NCBI RefSeq assembly: GCF_001194135.2
Contig: NC_068982.1
Span: forward strand, 157,586,027 to 157,618,724
Length of the DNA: 32,698 nucleotides
Reading direction: 5' to 3'
From: Octopus bimaculoides
Lineage: Eukaryota
Below, piece by piece: positions 31,473 through 32,698 of the stretch. The first letter of the stretch is position 1; each line of letters opens with the position of its first letter. The position numbers were made by a program, and so were the translations under genes. The notes below the pieces were generated by a model. The model was not told the origin of the DNA. It saw only the letters and a program-made list of their open reading frames with translations, and made no database searches.

Positions 31473-31719
31473 GTACTCTTCGATCCTATATATATATATA
31501 AATGTAAGATCCAAGGATCGAAGAGTAGGAAGAAAGTTAGCTTCAAGCAGTCCGTAGTAAATATTAAGAAAGAATCTTGTAGGTACCATAGTGGTTTATT
31601 GCAGCGCAAGGTTGTGCACTTTTTCGTATCGAAGTGCAATGCGCTCAAATTTTTTCTTTACATTTCACGGTAGGCGATAAGATTTGGACTACATATGTTT
31701 CATATTGTGCGGAACTTCA

Positions 31720-31819
31720 GAAGTGGTAAATATCCAAGCGAGGTGTATTTTTCAATAAAGACACCCTTGGCCTGACGTGTAGCTAGCGTTATACACTTTA
31801 CTTGGATATTTACCATTTC
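31720..31819. repeat. 100-bp foldback inverted repeat
   Basis: gaagtggtaaatatccaagcgaggtgtat (31720-31748) versus atacactttacttggatatttaccatttc (31791-31819): 25/29 complementary, 42-nt spacer. Confidence 0.85.
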
Positions 31820-32075
31820 CGAGAATCTGCTCGCTATGAAAAGTACATAGTCCGGATCTTATCTAGTCAATTCCTTAACGCTTGTGTGTAGTGTGTGTGT
31901 GTGTATGTCTGTCTGTCTGTCTTTCTGTCTGTCTGTCTGTCTGTCTCTCTGTCTGTGTATGTGTGTGTGTGTGTGTGTATGCATATATACATATGGCTTA
32001 GAAGTATTTTGACTTCTTTTAGTGATGCGGTGCTCATATTCTACCCTTGTGTGTGTGTGTATATATATATATATA

Positions 32076-32698
32076 CGTTTCAGCTTAGAGCTGCGGCCAT
32101 GCTGATGCACCACCATGTTGCTACACTGTTATTACAGGGAACCTCTTACAATATGTGGCACTTGGTGAAGAATTGAGTTTGATTTAGCAACCCTCATTTG
32201 CACCTCCTGCCGCGAGGTAGGTTCATCTGGGATTCTCGATAGGAAGAGGTCCAGCTTTGATTTAAAAACCCCTACATCTACTTTGTGCAGATTCCTCAGG
32301 CTCTTTGGGAGAATATTAAAAAGCTGTGGGCCCCTGAATCCCAAGCTGTTGCAGTAACTGGTCCTGAAGCGCGGTGGCATTCCTGGGGTTTTTGGCACTA
32401 TGCAGTGTCGTCCCGTTCTGGCATTGGTGTAGCTTTCAATGCCAAAATTTGGCACAATTCCTTCCAGGATCTTCCAGATGTATATTACTGCATACCTCTC
32501 CCGCCTTCTCTCCACGGAGTAGAGTCTTAGCTGTTTCAGCCTTTCCCAGTAGCTGACCAGTTGCAAAGAGACAATCTTCTTTGTGAATCTCCTCTGGATT
32601 GCCTCAAGGTCTGCTGCTAATTTCAGACTGGTGGGTGACCACAACTGTGAGCAGTAATCCAGGCGGCTGAGCACGAATGTCCTCCAGAGGATCATCAT
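32076..32698 (-). mobile_element. 3' end of a CR1/L2-group LINE including a short 3' UTR; continues beyond the window
   Basis: Uninterrupted ORF with LSRLDYCSQLWSP, LEAIQRRFTK, YWERLKQLRLYSVERRRER and FKSKLDLFL, typical of the post-RT C-terminus of CR1/L2/Jockey-group ORF2. The UTR ends in a hairpin followed by (AT)n/(AC)n. Confidence 0.9.
32132..32698 (-). CDS. Partial LINE ORF2 (C-terminal 188 aa, TE-encoded)
   Basis: No stops or frameshifts over 567 bp up to the natural stop; open at the window edge. Confidence 0.85.
   Translation of the reverse strand: MMILWRTFVLSRLDYCSQLWSPTSLKLAADLEAIQRRFTKKIVSLQLVSYWERLKQLRLYSVERRRERYAVIYIWKILEGIVPNFGIESYTNARTGRHCIVPKTPGMPPRFRTSYCNSLGFRGPQLFNILPKSLRNLHKVDVGVFKSKLDLFLSRIPDEPTSRQEVQMRVAKSNSILHQVPHIVRGSL

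Noticed and set aside
1065-31673. Numerous ORFs rich in HT/CV/YI/LS dipeptide repeats (e.g. 1065-1559, 4610-4930, 20311-20742, 25071-25472)
   Set aside because: They are translations of (CA)n, (GT)n, (AT)n and (TATC)n microsatellites or read through N-gaps; there is no protein-like complexity.
1-32698. CRISPR arrays, rRNA genes or prokaryotic operons
   Set aside because: No regularly spaced direct repeats with unique spacers, no rRNA motifs and no gene-dense structure; the sequence is eukaryotic repeat-rich DNA.

Overview
Eukaryotic, AT-rich, non-genic or intronic DNA that looks like an octopus (coleoid cephalopod) draft assembly. This is an inference from the SINE families and the very high microsatellite load. 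Six N-gaps total 2,673 bp. No intact host protein-coding gene is recognisable, and nearly all ORFs in the supplied track are microsatellite translations. The window is a layered TE landscape: a decayed RTE LINE fragment, two decayed Tx1/L1-clade LINE fragments, the uninterrupted 3' end of a CR1/L2-type LINE running off the right edge, about 15 copies or fragments of two tRNA-derived SINE families (called A and B here; B carries a CORE-like segment), two hAT MITEs with 8-bp TSDs, and a TA-flanked foldback element. The most interesting signals are: (i) two head-to-head SINE pairs with near-identical spacing, one with overlapping TSDs centred on a TAATATTA palindrome; (ii) a 3' tail shared between the CR1-type LINE and SINE family B; (iii) a pri-miRNA-shaped hairpin; (iv) a possible promoter plus ATG-GCG-GA|GTAAGT first exon; (v) several perfect, probably template-switch, inverted repeats. 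All alignments were done by eye, and TE boundaries without a TSD are approximate.
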